64,000 nt of DNA from Pachysolen tannophilus NRRL Y-2460 (lineage: Eukaryota), in contig KV454013.1 of NCBI GenBank assembly GCA_001661245.1, positions 563,981 through 627,980 of the forward strand, in the 5' to 3' direction. A program made the position numbers and the translations under genes. The notes beneath the pieces are model-generated. The model was not told where the DNA came from, did not search any database, and saw only the letters and a program-made list of their open reading frames with translations. The number at the start of each line of letters is the position of its first letter. The stretch's first letter is position 1. Below are positions 12,406 through 23,286 of the stretch, piece by piece.

Positions 12406-15400
12406 ATGCAATTGTTAATAAACGAAAAATCGAGGGTGATTGCGTTGGTCTCTAGGACTTATATTTTATTATTTCAACATATGAAAGATGAGTCCAATAA
12501 GGTTCGAATAGAGTTACAATCGAAGGAATCATTCAATGATAAGCATTTTAAAAAATTTTCGAAACATAAGATTCATGGGTTTTTAGGGTTGATAAATGTT
12601 AATGATGATGTTTTTTTATGTGTAATTACTGGGAAAGCTGAAGTTGCAAATCCTTTACCTGGTCAAACTGTTAATAAGATTTTTGCTGTTGAATTTCATT
12701 GTTTAAATAGAAATACATGGGATTTTATTCAAATTGATAATAATGGGTATCCTAGTATGAGTAATTTTGATCCACAGAATAGTAGTGGTTCAATGAATTA
12801 TGAAATTAATGAAAGTGGGAATTTGGATCCAGAACAAAGATTTGAACAACATCCATGTTTTGAATTAAGAAAATTATTAGGTAATGGATCATTTTATTAT
12901 AGTTCCGATTTTGATTTAACAAGTGCTTTACAATCAAGAGGAGTAACAAATGATTCATTAAGCTTAGACGATTTTCAACAACAATATATGTGGAACTCAT
13001 TTATGATGAAACAAGTTATATCTTTTAGAAATCAATTGGGATCAAGTGAAAAAAATATATTAGATTATAATGGATTTTTAACAACTGTTATAAGAGGATT
13101 TGCAGAAACTTTCCAAACACATATCAAGAATTTGAAAACACAAGTCACTATTATTTCAAAACAATCTTGGAAAAGAGCTGGAACAAGATTTAATGCAAGA
13201 GGTATTGATGATGATGGGAACGTTGCTAACTTTGTTGAAACTGAATTCATCCTATCTTGTAATAAAGTTGTATATTCTTTTACAGAAGTTAGAGGCTCAG
13301 TTCCAGTTTTTTGGGAACAAGATACTGCATTAATTTCACCTAAAGTGCTGGTTACTAGGTCTAAAGAAGCTACTCAACCTGTATTTGAAAAACATTTCCA
13401 TGGTCTTTTTGAAAAATATGGCCCAGTTCATGTCGTTAACCTCTTGTCAAAGACAAAACCTTCAGAATATGAATTGTCTAAACGTTACAAGAGTCATGTT
13501 ACAACTTTAAGTCAACAAGATCTGCAAATTCTGTATACAGAGTTTGATTTCCATCTGAAAGCTGGGAAAAATTTCGAATTAGCAAATAAAATTATCCCAA
13601 TGCTTGAAAATTCACTTTTAGAATTTGGGTATTTTAGTTATGATTTGATCAATAATGAAATATTAACACATCAAACAGGAGTTTTCAGAGTAAATTGTTT
13701 GGATTGCTTAGATAGAACAAATGTTATTCAACAATTGTTATCAAATTGTCTGTTAAACTTGTTTTTCAAAGATAATAATATCCCAACTTCATATGAGATG
13801 GATTTAGTAACAAAACATAATACTTTGTGGGCAGACAATGGTGATGCAATATCACAAATATATACAGGTACAAATGCATTAAAATCATCATATACAAGAA
13901 GCGGTAAAATGGGATTTGCCGGAATGTTATCGGATGCAACAAAATCTGTTAGCAGAATGTATATAAACAATTTTCAAGACAAGGGAAAACAAATGACTAT
14001 AGATACTTTATTGGGTAAATTAGAAAATCAAGTACCAGTTCAAATATTTGATCCAATAAATGATTATGTTATTGAAGAGCTAGATAAGTTTTCTTCTAAA
14101 TTTACTAAATACACCAATATTACGGTTTTCACTGGAACGTATAATTTAGCTGGTGTTAGCAAAGTTGGAGATTTAACAGAATGGTTATTCCCACAGGAAA
14201 ATAATGGGATTTCACCAGATATTGTAATTTTAGGATTCCAAGAAGTATTAGAATTAAATGCACAGAATTTGATTAACAATGATAAATCTCAGTCGGTTTA
14301 CTGGCAAAAAGTTGTTGGAGACCAATTGAACTCTGGTATTACTGGTGACACTTATGTCTTATTAAGAGCAGAACAAATGACATCAATCATGTTATTATTT
14401 TTCGTTAAATCTGACAAGATGCCATTCATTAAAAATGTTGAAGGTGCAACTAAGAAAACAGGACTTGGAGGTATGGCTGCCAACAAAGGTGGGGTTGCTC
14501 TTAGATTTGACTATAGTGATAGTAGTTTTTGTGTGGTAAATTCTCATTTAGCTGCTGGTGTTAAGGCTATTGAAGAAAGATGTAACGACTTTGAAACGAT
14601 TTCAAATGGTATTAGTTTTTCTAGAGGTAAAAAAGTGAAAGATCATGAATCTGTGATATGGTTAGGTGATTTGAATTTTAGAATCGATCTTTCTAATGAA
14701 GAAGTAAGGTCTTGCATTTCAAGTTCCAATTTAAATTATCTTTTACAGTATGATCAACTAAAACATGAAATGAATGTTAAAAATGGATTCTTCAAAAAAT
14801 TCTTTGAAGCGAAAATTGATTTCAAGCCAACTTATAAATTTGATAAGATGTCAAATTATTACGATTCTTCAGAAAAACTGAGAGTTCCTTCATGGACAGA
14901 TAGAGTCATTTATTACGGTAAGAACTTGCATCAATTAAATTATAATTCTTGTGAGACAATCATGTTTTCAGATCATAGACCTGTATATGGTACATTTGAA
15001 GCTAAAGTTAAAATTATAGATCAAGCATTAAGGCATAAGATAAAACACGAATTATACATGAACTATAAAGGTCTGCATAAAGATGAGTTAAATTCAGGAA
15101 GCCTAATTGATTTGGAAGATTTAGAAGGAAGCAGCCCGTCATTGCTCTCAGATTCAAGAGAAACTTCGTCCTTGTCGAGATCTTCAACACCTTCATCATT
15201 AAGAGACTTGGAGAAAACATCACCACCTGCATTACCCTCACGAACAAGTACTTTTAGTACACCCTCATCTGTTGGGAAGACTCCTCCCCAACCACCACTA
15301 CAAAGAAGAAAATTGCCCCCGCTGTATAATTCTGATGACCCCCCATTGTTGCCAAGTAGATCATCCGATAAGGCTAGTGTAACTTTGCAACTGCTGCTGC

Positions 15401-15789
15401 CGCTGCCTGTCAAGGTTCCACCAAAACCACCTGCTCCACGGAAATTACCACCTCCTATGAAATCAGTTCCGCCTATCGGATTCTCTAATACTGTTTTACA
15501 ACCAACGAGGTCTTCATCAAGTACTCCGACACCATCAGAAATTCAAACTCCAACTCAACAGCGCTTGAACGGGAACAACAAGGTTAACAACCAGAATGAA
15601 TATGATACTAATCAAAAAATGGCCCCGTTAATCCCAAAAAAACCACTGTCACTAACTTCAGTTCCTATTATTGCAAATAATACCAATACAAGCCTACCAA
15701 CTTCTACTGATAAAAATGAGACTCTCAGTGGAGTTACAACTCCTCCAGGTATGAGTATGTCAGATTGGAAACCTTTACAACCTCAGTAG
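12406..15789 (+). CDS. INP53: Synaptojanin-like polyphosphoinositide phosphatase (Inp52/Inp53 orthologue)
   Basis: SAC domain (RAGTRFNARG, RVNCLDCLDRTN), 5-phosphatase domain (WLGDLNFRI, PTYK, PSWTDR, SDHRPV) and a Pro-rich tail. Confidence 0.93.
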   Translation: MQLLINEKSRVIALVSRTYILLFQHMKDESNKVRIELQSKESFNDKHFKKFSKHKIHGFLGLINVNDDVFLCVITGKAEVANPLPGQTVNKIFAVEFHCLNRNTWDFIQIDNNGYPSMSNFDPQNSSGSMNYEINESGNLDPEQRFEQHPCFELRKLLGNGSFYYSSDFDLTSALQSRGVTNDSLSLDDFQQQYMWNSFMMKQVISFRNQLGSSEKNILDYNGFLTTVIRGFAETFQTHIKNLKTQVTIISKQSWKRAGTRFNARGIDDDGNVANFVETEFILSCNKVVYSFTEVRGSVPVFWEQDTALISPKVLVTRSKEATQPVFEKHFHGLFEKYGPVHVVNLLSKTKPSEYELSKRYKSHVTTLSQQDLQILYTEFDFHLKAGKNFELANKIIPMLENSLLEFGYFSYDLINNEILTHQTGVFRVNCLDCLDRTNVIQQLLSNCLLNLFFKDNNIPTSYEMDLVTKHNTLWADNGDAISQIYTGTNALKSSYTRSGKMGFAGMLSDATKSVSRMYINNFQDKGKQMTIDTLLGKLENQVPVQIFDPINDYVIEELDKFSSKFTKYTNITVFTGTYNLAGVSKVGDLTEWLFPQENNGISPDIVILGFQEVLELNAQNLINNDKSQSVYWQKVVGDQLNSGITGDTYVLLRAEQMTSIMLLFFVKSDKMPFIKNVEGATKKTGLGGMAANKGGVALRFDYSDSSFCVVNSHLAAGVKAIEERCNDFETISNGISFSRGKKVKDHESVIWLGDLNFRIDLSNEEVRSCISSSNLNYLLQYDQLKHEMNVKNGFFKKFFEAKIDFKPTYKFDKMSNYYDSSEKLRVPSWTDRVIYYGKNLHQLNYNSCETIMFSDHRPVYGTFEAKVKIIDQALRHKIKHELYMNYKGLHKDELNSGSLIDLEDLEGSSPSLLSDSRETSSLSRSSTPSSLRDLEKTSPPALPSRTSTFSTPSSVGKTPPQPPLQRRKLPPLYNSDDPPLLPSRSSDKASVTLQLLLPLPVKVPPKPPAPRKLPPPMKSVPPIGFSNTVLQPTRSSSSTPTPSEIQTPTQQRLNGNNKVNNQNEYDTNQKMAPLIPKKPLSLTSVPIIANNTNTSLPTSTDKNETLSGVTTPPGMSMSDWKPLQPQ

Positions 15790-16236
15790 GGGAAAAGAAG
15801 AAATTTAACGACTTTTGTTACGAAGAATTGATTTTATTTTTTTTTTTTTTTTTTCTTTATTTCAATATTACTGTCATGTCATTGCAACTTTATCTACTTT
15901 TATAGAAAATATTAAAAATATGAGGAGACATAATTCATTATATATATTATACTTTTATTATAGCAACAGTAGTCTTCTAGGGTTTGTTTTGCTCTGAGTT
16001 AAAATCTTTGTAATTATCATCTTTCGATATTTGGGGTAATTAAATGACCCTATATTGTCTTTGTGTATATAAAACGCCAAAAAAAAAAAAAAAGTATAAA
16101 AAAAATTTCAATTCAATTTTTAAGCAACAAATATCGAGTTTAAATAAGATCAGTATTAGTGAATGTTGCTCTATCCTGGTCTAGTTGAAGTAAGGAAGAG
16201 AGGGGTGCATAAAGGCAAATAATTAGTTTCTCGAGA

Positions 16237-17055
16237 ATGAAAAGAAGAAGATCAGTCCCAAGCGGTATTGAGTCTTCTCATTATATATGTCCAACTTCAT
16301 CATCACCTAATTTGAATTTGGAGATCAATACTTTTCCCATAAAGACATCATATGTTGGCTGTTATAAGAAGACAAAGAGGCATTCCTCGCCGTTATCGAT
16401 CAATTGTCATAAGCATTCATCGCCAATGTTGATGGAAAAACCAGAAATACTAAGAATTCAAGAATCTTTAAATAATGGTATCATGTTAAATAGTTTAATG
16501 GGTCACTTGCTTGCACTACAGGAAGAAGATAGTTATAACGGTAAAGATGTAAAGCTTGAAATAATTAAGCCATTTGGAGATATTAAGGAAAATATTCATT
16601 TAGATAATTTTATTAGTGATGTTTTCTTTAGATGTTCAAATAGTTTAACGTTAATTTTGTTTTTCAGTATTAAGGATAATGGATTATTAGATATTATTAA
16701 TAATTCAATTCAGTTAAATAATGAAAATTTGAATATAATTTCTATAAGTTCAAATTTAGAGAATACTACTTGCAATAATACAGCTATACCCATAATCAAT
16801 GATTTTAAGAATTTAATAACTAAAAATTTTGATGTGTTAGATCCATTAAGTGGTGGAGTATACCCATTGAATTGTATATTTTTATTTGATAGTTTATGGA
16901 AGTTAAGGCTCAAGTTAAATGTGATAATTTCTAATAGTAATAATAAAAAATTGATGAATATCAATAGAACAAATAGTACATTTGATGATGAATTGATGGG
17001 TGTATTATTAAATTGCTTAAACTATTTGAAATTGGAAATGGATGGACAATATTAA
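16237..17055 (+). CDS. Hypothetical protein with a degenerate peroxiredoxin/thioredoxin-like C-terminal domain
   Basis: 272-aa ATG-initiated ORF. IPIINDFKNLITKNFDVLDPLSGGVYPLNCIFLFD resembles the AhpC/TSA C-terminal segment. No PxxxTxxC motif. Confidence 0.6.
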   Translation: MKRRRSVPSGIESSHYICPTSSSPNLNLEINTFPIKTSYVGCYKKTKRHSSPLSINCHKHSSPMLMEKPEILRIQESLNNGIMLNSLMGHLLALQEEDSYNGKDVKLEIIKPFGDIKENIHLDNFISDVFFRCSNSLTLILFFSIKDNGLLDIINNSIQLNNENLNIISISSNLENTTCNNTAIPIINDFKNLITKNFDVLDPLSGGVYPLNCIFLFDSLWKLRLKLNVIISNSNNKKLMNINRTNSTFDDELMGVLLNCLNYLKLEMDGQY

Positions 17056-17182
17056 ACAAAGAAAACTAATAATAATGAAAATTCATCTTGCTGGTTCAAG
17101 TCATTTATTACATAACATATATACTAATTATACAGAATAAAGTTTAGGAATAGTGTAAAATAGGGTAGGTTATGTTTAGCTT

Positions 17183-17848
17183 TTAGCTTTCAGCTATTAA
17201 TTTATTTTTTTCTTCTTCTAGTAGTTTAATCTTTTCCCTTTGTTCTTCCAACTCTTTAACAATTTTTTCTATTCCAATATTTATTCTATCTAATTCATCA
17301 TTTTCTACTTGTCTAGAAAATGCTGTACTTTTTGTTGATTTAATAGGTAACATTGAACCTGGTCTTGAAGTTAATACTTCAAACATCTTATCTGTTGGTT
17401 CATTGAAAACCAATTCATCATACATTATACTTTCAACATGATTTTTATCCAGCTCAGTGAGTTTCAGAGGATCAATACCATAAGGATGTAATTTTAAATG
17501 ATGGAAAATTGAAATATTCTTTTCACTACTTTCACTTATGAAAAAAATCTTAATACCAATTTCAAATTCTCCCCAACCACTTTCAACAACTTCAAAAGGT
17601 GGTGCTTCTATTGATCGTGTTGCATTTGGATATGTATCATGTAATTTGAAAACAACTTTTTTAATCATATAACTAAGATCTCCTCCTGTTGGGTCTCTAA
17701 CGAAAACTGTCCAAAGATGCGTATGATCAGTAGGCATAGAAGGTGTTCGAGTCTCTGATGTCAAAGGCGTTGCTGTATTCCCATATATTATTGGCCTCGA
17801 AATAGTAATGTTTTTCAACCTCCTAGAATTTGTTGATGGAGGCGCCAT
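17183..17848 (-). CDS. YAF9: YEATS-domain NuA4/SWR1 subunit
   Basis: HTHLWTVFV, VVFKLHDTY and PPFEVVESGWGEFEI motifs with a C-terminal coiled coil. Confidence 0.95.
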   Translation of the reverse strand: MAPPSTNSRRLKNITISRPIIYGNTATPLTSETRTPSMPTDHTHLWTVFVRDPTGGDLSYMIKKVVFKLHDTYPNATRSIEAPPFEVVESGWGEFEIGIKIFFISESSEKNISIFHHLKLHPYGIDPLKLTELDKNHVESIMYDELVFNEPTDKMFEVLTSRPGSMLPIKSTKSTAFSRQVENDELDRINIGIEKIVKELEEQREKIKLLEEEKNKLIAES

Positions 17849-18003
17849 TTTCCAAAAAAATACCCCTGGCTCTCTTGTAATATTTCTATTATTCTTTAAA
17901 TTATTTAATAATAACTATACATCATTTATTGTATACTAAACACTTCTTTAAACCATTTTCATAAATTGACCTTTTTAGAGAAACGGTCGTGTCAATGGGT
18001 TCA

Positions 18004-18036
18004 AATTTTAGGTCAATTTTGGGTCAATTTTGGGTC
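18004..18036 (+). repeat. Three tandem 11-bp repeats AATTTT(A/G)GGTC
   Basis: Read directly; lies just upstream of YAF9. Confidence 0.85.
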
Positions 18037-18041
18037 ACTAA

Positions 18042-18726
18042 GTGAACCAATTTTTTATTTTTCCTCTTCCAAGAGATAGCAGGCCATCGAAAGCAACAAG
18101 ACGGAATAACCATGAAAGAATTTTTTGGTTATGGATTGCTGTAGCTAGAACTTGTAATCCTTGTCTTGTGCGATGTACTGATTTAATGTCAATTTCCAAG
18201 TAATTCACCTTTTCTTTTGTTGTATTATTGTGTGAATCATACTTCAACTTGCAGATAGTTTTTCTTCTTATAAGTAATAGTAGTCTTAGTACTTTTCTCT
18301 AGAAATTTTTCTCCATTCTTTCCCATTATTATATCTGTGGTTTAAGCTTGACCTGATGTTGCTAAATCTTGCCTCGACACTGTGTTTTATTTTCTTTATA
18401 AAAAATCTTGGTAATATACTATGCCGTTTCAATTGCGGCTTGAATATGTATGTATATGTGAGTGTGTGTGTGTGTGTGTTTCCTTCTTAACCTACAAGTA
18501 CGTACGTAGCATGTCTCTTCAATATTACATTCATATACCTAACAAAAACACTTGAAACCAAAAAAGAAACTATACGAGCTTCTTCCCTTGGGTGATTGAA
18601 CCATGTAGTTTAATCGAATTGGTCTTGGTCTCATAGTAACTCATCCTTCGCCTATTGAAACTACCAATTTGGGCGTTTTTGAGTGTTTGCGAACGACCAC
18701 GTTTTTTGCTTTTTGGCTTTTTGTCC
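18042..18726 (+). ncRNA. Candidate long structured ncRNA (telomerase-RNA-like hypothesis)
   Basis: No credible ORF. Many helices, most containing G-U pairs only on the + strand, plus long-range closing pairs and a possible U-rich/A-rich pseudoknot. Boundaries approximate; found by eye only. Confidence 0.4.
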
Positions 18727-18866
18727 ATGTTCGTATCCAAATTTCATGGCACACCACACCACACCACACCAGCACTTTACTATACTATATTATATTTATA
18801 AATAAATAATTAACGACATTAATAAAAAACTTCAAGGAGGAAATTTTTTTTTGAATAGACCAAAAG

Positions 18867-20765
18867 ATGGTATTGAAGAATATTTATATAGCAAGAGTAA
18901 GTTGGAATAAGTTGAATTAATAATGAATCTACATGTATTTTATGTGTTTAAATCAATATTATTTTGCTAACTAATAATTATTTTTTTTTTTTTTTTGGGA
19001 TATAGCATGGTTATAGGTCTAATTGGCTTCCACCACCGCATCCAGATCCACCAACTGGAATTGATAGTGATATTCTGTTAGCACCTCATGGTGTAGATCA
19101 GGCGGTTGAGTTGGGCAGTTATATTTCTACTTTGGATAAGAAACCTCGATTAATTTTTAGTTCTCCTTTTTATAGATGTATTCAAACTTCTAAACCTGTG
19201 TCTGAGAAGCTTGGATTAAAAATTAATTTAGAAAGAGGTATTGGTGAATGGTTTAGACCAGATAGAGAGATTATTCCAGAGCCTGGTGATGTTAATAAGA
19301 TGTCTAGTTTTTTCAAAGGTTATATAAATGAAGAATATGATCTGAATTCATTAGGTATTATTCCTTCATTAAAAGGTGAAAGTGAACAAGATGTTTTCAA
19401 TAGATGCAAGAAATTTGTTGAAATTTTTATTCCATTTATTGATCGTAAATATCCTCAAGTTGAATCTGTATTATTAGTCACGCACGCAGCAACAAAGATC
19501 GCGTTAGGTATGGCTTTATTGGGTTATCAAGGTGTTAAACAAAAATTGGAACCAAAAGATATTATTAATGGTGATGATCGTTTAAGAACTGGATCATGTT
19601 CATTAGATGAATTTGAACGTGATACTAACAGTAACAGCTGGAAATTGTTGATGAATGGTAACACTGATTTTTTATCAGAAGGTGAAGAGATGAATTGGAA
19701 TTTTGGTAAGTTTACTTTTTATTTTTTATTCTACATTTTTATTTTATATGCTTACAGCAAACTAACAATTTTTTTTTCTTTCTTTTTTTTTTTTTTTTTT
19801 TTTTTGGCTATATTACAGAGAGTTCTTTTGAAGCAGGATCAGATGAAGATATTAAAGCTAGAGCAGAAGCTCAAAGTAGAAGAGCTGCAAAAAATGCTAA
19901 AAATAAAGAGTATGATGTAAGTAAGGGTAAATTATGATTTTTGGCTATTACCACTAAACTTTTTCTCTTACACTCTTTTCATTATTAAAGAAACTATTAT
20001 CTAGTTTTTGATTTTTCAATTAAATTAAATATTTGTGTGTTTAACAAGAAAAAAAAAAATAAAAATGAAGAAGATATATAATGTTAATATTTTTATAAAG
20101 AAGAGTTTAGCGACTATACCAAAAGGATATTGTCAGCATATATACTAATTGTACAATGATCATTTTTATAGGAAGTCTACATTACATTAGAATTACCAGT
20201 AGACAAGAATCATCTGACGTTTAACCCCCATTATAAGAACCTTTTATTAGAACAATTTGCTAAAAATGAACAATCTTCTTCAACAATGGAATCTAATTCC
20301 ACCAAATCCATACCATCAAGTGCTGTTGGATTACAATTAGAAGATAATTTTTTCTCTACAATCCAACCCACTTCAACTTTCCAATATTCTGGATTAGAGA
20401 CTTTAGAACCTTTATTTAAACTCAATGATACTGTTTATAAAGGAGAATGGAGAAAATTATATGGAACAGAATTAATTTTTAATGATAATGGTGATGTAAT
20501 TGCTAATGTTAAAGATAGAATACGATTACAACAAGGAAAATTAGATAGACTGACTAAATCTGAAGAAGAAGAAAAATTGAAAACTACAAAAACTGGAGAT
20601 TCTCTGATTTCAAAACAAAATGATGATAATAAAACTATTTATAAAGAAGAATATTTTACCGAGTTACCACAACAGTATCAAAGATCTTCAAATGATTTCT
20701 TATTAAAATCCATGTTGTTAGCTAAAAAAATTGAAATGGAAAAAAAAAATAAAGTTGATAAGTAA
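18867..20765 (+). CDS. TFC7: TFIIIC subunit tau55 (histidine-phosphatase domain plus C-terminal TFIIIC domain); join(18867..18896,19006..19705,19819..19916,20172..20765)
   Basis: Splicing restores IYIAR/HGYRSNW (RHG motif). SSPFYRCIQT, LLVTHAA, EMNWNF/ESSFEAGSDEDIK and the C-terminal FQYSGLETLEPLFKLNDTVYKGEWRKLYGTELIF are present. All three introns start GTAAGT and keep frame. Confidence 0.88.
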
Positions 20766-20932
20766 TGAATGAATAAATATATACTTGTAATTGTATAAAA
20801 ACTTTGAAATAAAAAAAAAGTAATACACATATTAACCATTAAATAGTGAAAAATCAAAATGTAAAAAAAAAGAAAAAATAATTTAAAAAAAAATAATTCT
20901 TTTTTTAAATACTTGTATATTTGTATTAAGAA

Positions 20933-21688
20933 ATGGCTACTAAATCTTTTAATCATCCAGTTTATGAAGCTCTTAAGGATAAGAGGTTTATATTAGCCTC
21001 CACATCACCAAGAAGATCACAAATTTTGACTCAATTAGGTTTTAAATTTGAAGTAGTTGCATCTAATTTTCCAGAAGATTTAGATAAATCAAAATATTCA
21101 CCTTCAGAATATGTATTAAATACAGCTATAGGTAAAGCCATTGCTGTTTGGAATGAAATGGTAAGTATTTTTAATAATCCTAAATGATTAAATTAAAATA
21201 CAGTAAATTACTAACTTTTTTTTTCGTTAATTTAGAAACTGCAAAATGAAAAAATCGATTTAATCTTATCCGCTGATACTGTAGTTGTTTGTAATGATAA
21301 GATTTTTGAAAAACCGAAAAATATCGAAGAAAATATTAAAATGCTTAAATATATGAGAGATTGTGGTTGTCCACAAATTGTAATGAGTGGAGTTGTATTA
21401 TTAATAAGAATTGATAATACTTATAAATTAGAAAAAATTGTTGAATCTTCAAAAGTTTATATGGATTATGAAAATATTTCAGATGATTTTATCAATTCAT
21501 ATGTAAATACAGAAGAAGGTTTAACCGTTGCCGGCGGATACCGCATCCAGGGCCTAGGCGCCCTATTCATGAAAGGAATTGAAGGAGATTTCTATAACGT
21601 TGTAGGTTTACCCTTTAGATCAACTTTTAAACTAATAGAAAAATCAATCAATAATACTACTACTACTACTACAACTACTATAAAATAG
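20933..21688 (+). CDS. Maf-like nucleotide pyrophosphatase (YOR111W-like); join(20933..21160,21236..21688)
   Basis: ILASTSPRR, SADTVV, EKP, AGGYRIQG and EGDFYNVVGLP motifs. Intron GTAAGT..TACTAAC..TAG. Confidence 0.9.
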
Positions 21689-21873
21689 AGAATAGATAAT
21701 AATAGTAGAGATGAGTGGTAGTGTACGTCAGAGCATATAATTCCCAATTAGGAAATATAATGCAAAAACAAAGTATCACGTGCATTTTAGTACACGTGAT
21801 CTCTTCTCTGATAAAGAAAAATTTAAAAAAAAAAATTTTTTTTTTTTTTTTATTTTCTTTTTTTTAAGAATAC

Positions 21874-21885
21874 TGAAAAATTTTT
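21874..21885 (+). promoter_or_regulatory. RRPE element upstream of NOP15 (also GATGAG near 21710 and two CACGTG near 21778 and 21793)
   Basis: TGAAAAATTTTT matches the RRPE consensus in front of a ribosome-biogenesis gene. Confidence 0.6.
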
Positions 21886-22004
21886 CTAGTTGGTCTATAT
21901 AATATATATATATATACTTATATATATATATATTAACTTGATTAAGTTTAAGTTTATTGTATTTATCTATATATCTTTTTTGTTAGATTTTTTTTCTTTT
22001 GAAT

Positions 22005-22856
22005 ATGGCTCAGACAAGAAGTGCCACTTTGCGGAATAAGAATAGGAAATCACCAAAGAGTAGTCCTTTAAGGAAAGAAAGTGGTGGTGATAATAGTACT
22101 CCAAGGAAAAGTCCAATATCAAGTCCTTTAACTAAAAAGAGTTCACCTGGGAAAATTATTAAAACTAGTGAGATTAGTGAAACTAGTGCTAGTCCATTAT
22201 CGAAGAAGGAAGAAGATGTTAAAGTTATTGGAACGGAGACACTTGAGTTGCCTAGTGATTCAGATTCAGATTCAGATTCAGAATTAGATTCTGAATCAGA
22301 ATCTGAAGAGATTCAATATGAAATAGAATCAGAAAAGGCAAAAACACCAATAACACATTCTGTTAAAGTACAATTGAATAATATAGCAACAAATAAAAAT
22401 AATAAAAAATCTAAATTGAAAAAGGGAATTGTATATATTGGTAGAATTCCACATGGTTTTGAAGAAATTGAAATTAAAAATTATTTTCAACAATTTGGTA
22501 CTATTACTAGATTAAGATTATCAAGAAATAAAAAAACTGGTAATTCAAAACATTATGGATTTATAGAATTTGAAAATTATGAAGTTGCTAAAATTGCTCT
22601 GGAAACTATGAATAATTATTTAGTTTATGGACATATTTTGAAAACTCAACTTTTATCTAATGAAAAAATTCATCAACGTTTATTTGATGGTGCTGATACA
22701 AAATTTAAAGTAATTCCAAGAGAAAAAATTGCTCGTAAACAAAATGATAAACAAAAAACTATTTCAAAATGGAATTTATTACAAAAAAGGGATAAACAAA
22801 GAAAATTGAAAAAATTGGAAAATTTAAAGAAAATGGGTATTAATTACGAATTATAG
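22005..22856 (+). CDS. NOP15: RRM pre-60S biogenesis factor
   Basis: IVYIGRIPHGF, RLRLSRNKKTGNSKHYGFIEF and ETMNNYL motifs. First ATG at 22005. Confidence 0.92.
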   Translation: MAQTRSATLRNKNRKSPKSSPLRKESGGDNSTPRKSPISSPLTKKSSPGKIIKTSEISETSASPLSKKEEDVKVIGTETLELPSDSDSDSDSELDSESESEEIQYEIESEKAKTPITHSVKVQLNNIATNKNNKKSKLKKGIVYIGRIPHGFEEIEIKNYFQQFGTITRLRLSRNKKTGNSKHYGFIEFENYEVAKIALETMNNYLVYGHILKTQLLSNEKIHQRLFDGADTKFKVIPREKIARKQNDKQKTISKWNLLQKRDKQRKLKKLENLKKMGINYEL

Positions 22857-23154
22857 ATTTTTTTATTTTATTCTATCATTTATCACATTTATCATTTATC
22901 AATAATATTAATTTGTAATTTGTAATTTGTAAATTTATTTGATTATACATTGAAAATACCCAATTGGGTTAAAGTAAACAGGTTTGAAATTTTTTTTTTT
23001 TTTTGGCCGCCGCCGGACAATTTCTCCTTCTTTGTCCACCTTGAACCCTTTTATCAACCGCCTATTTTTCAAACATTTTTCTTGGGGCTCTTTTCTCTGA
23101 TTATTCCCGCTCTCCCACCTGACGACAAGAAAAAAAAAAAAAAAAAAAAAACTT

Positions 23155-23210
23155 TTCCACCCAGTGTTCCACCCAGTGTTCCACCCAGTATCCCACCCAG
23201 TATCCCACCG
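23155..23210 (+). repeat. About 4.6 copies of the 12-bp unit T(T/C)CCACCCAGT(G/A)
   Basis: Read directly in the CYB5 upstream region. Confidence 0.9.
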
Positions 23211-23286
23211 TCCCGCCCAATGTCAACCAGTCTCTCGGCCATTTAATCACACGACTTTGTTATCTCTCGTCTTTTTCTCTCGTCTC

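Noticed and set aside
18750..18771. (CACCA)n run resembling the S. cerevisiae TLC1 template
   Set aside because: A simple pentanucleotide microsatellite lying outside the structured segment in the TFC7 promoter; similar short repeats occur elsewhere (e.g. near 52220).
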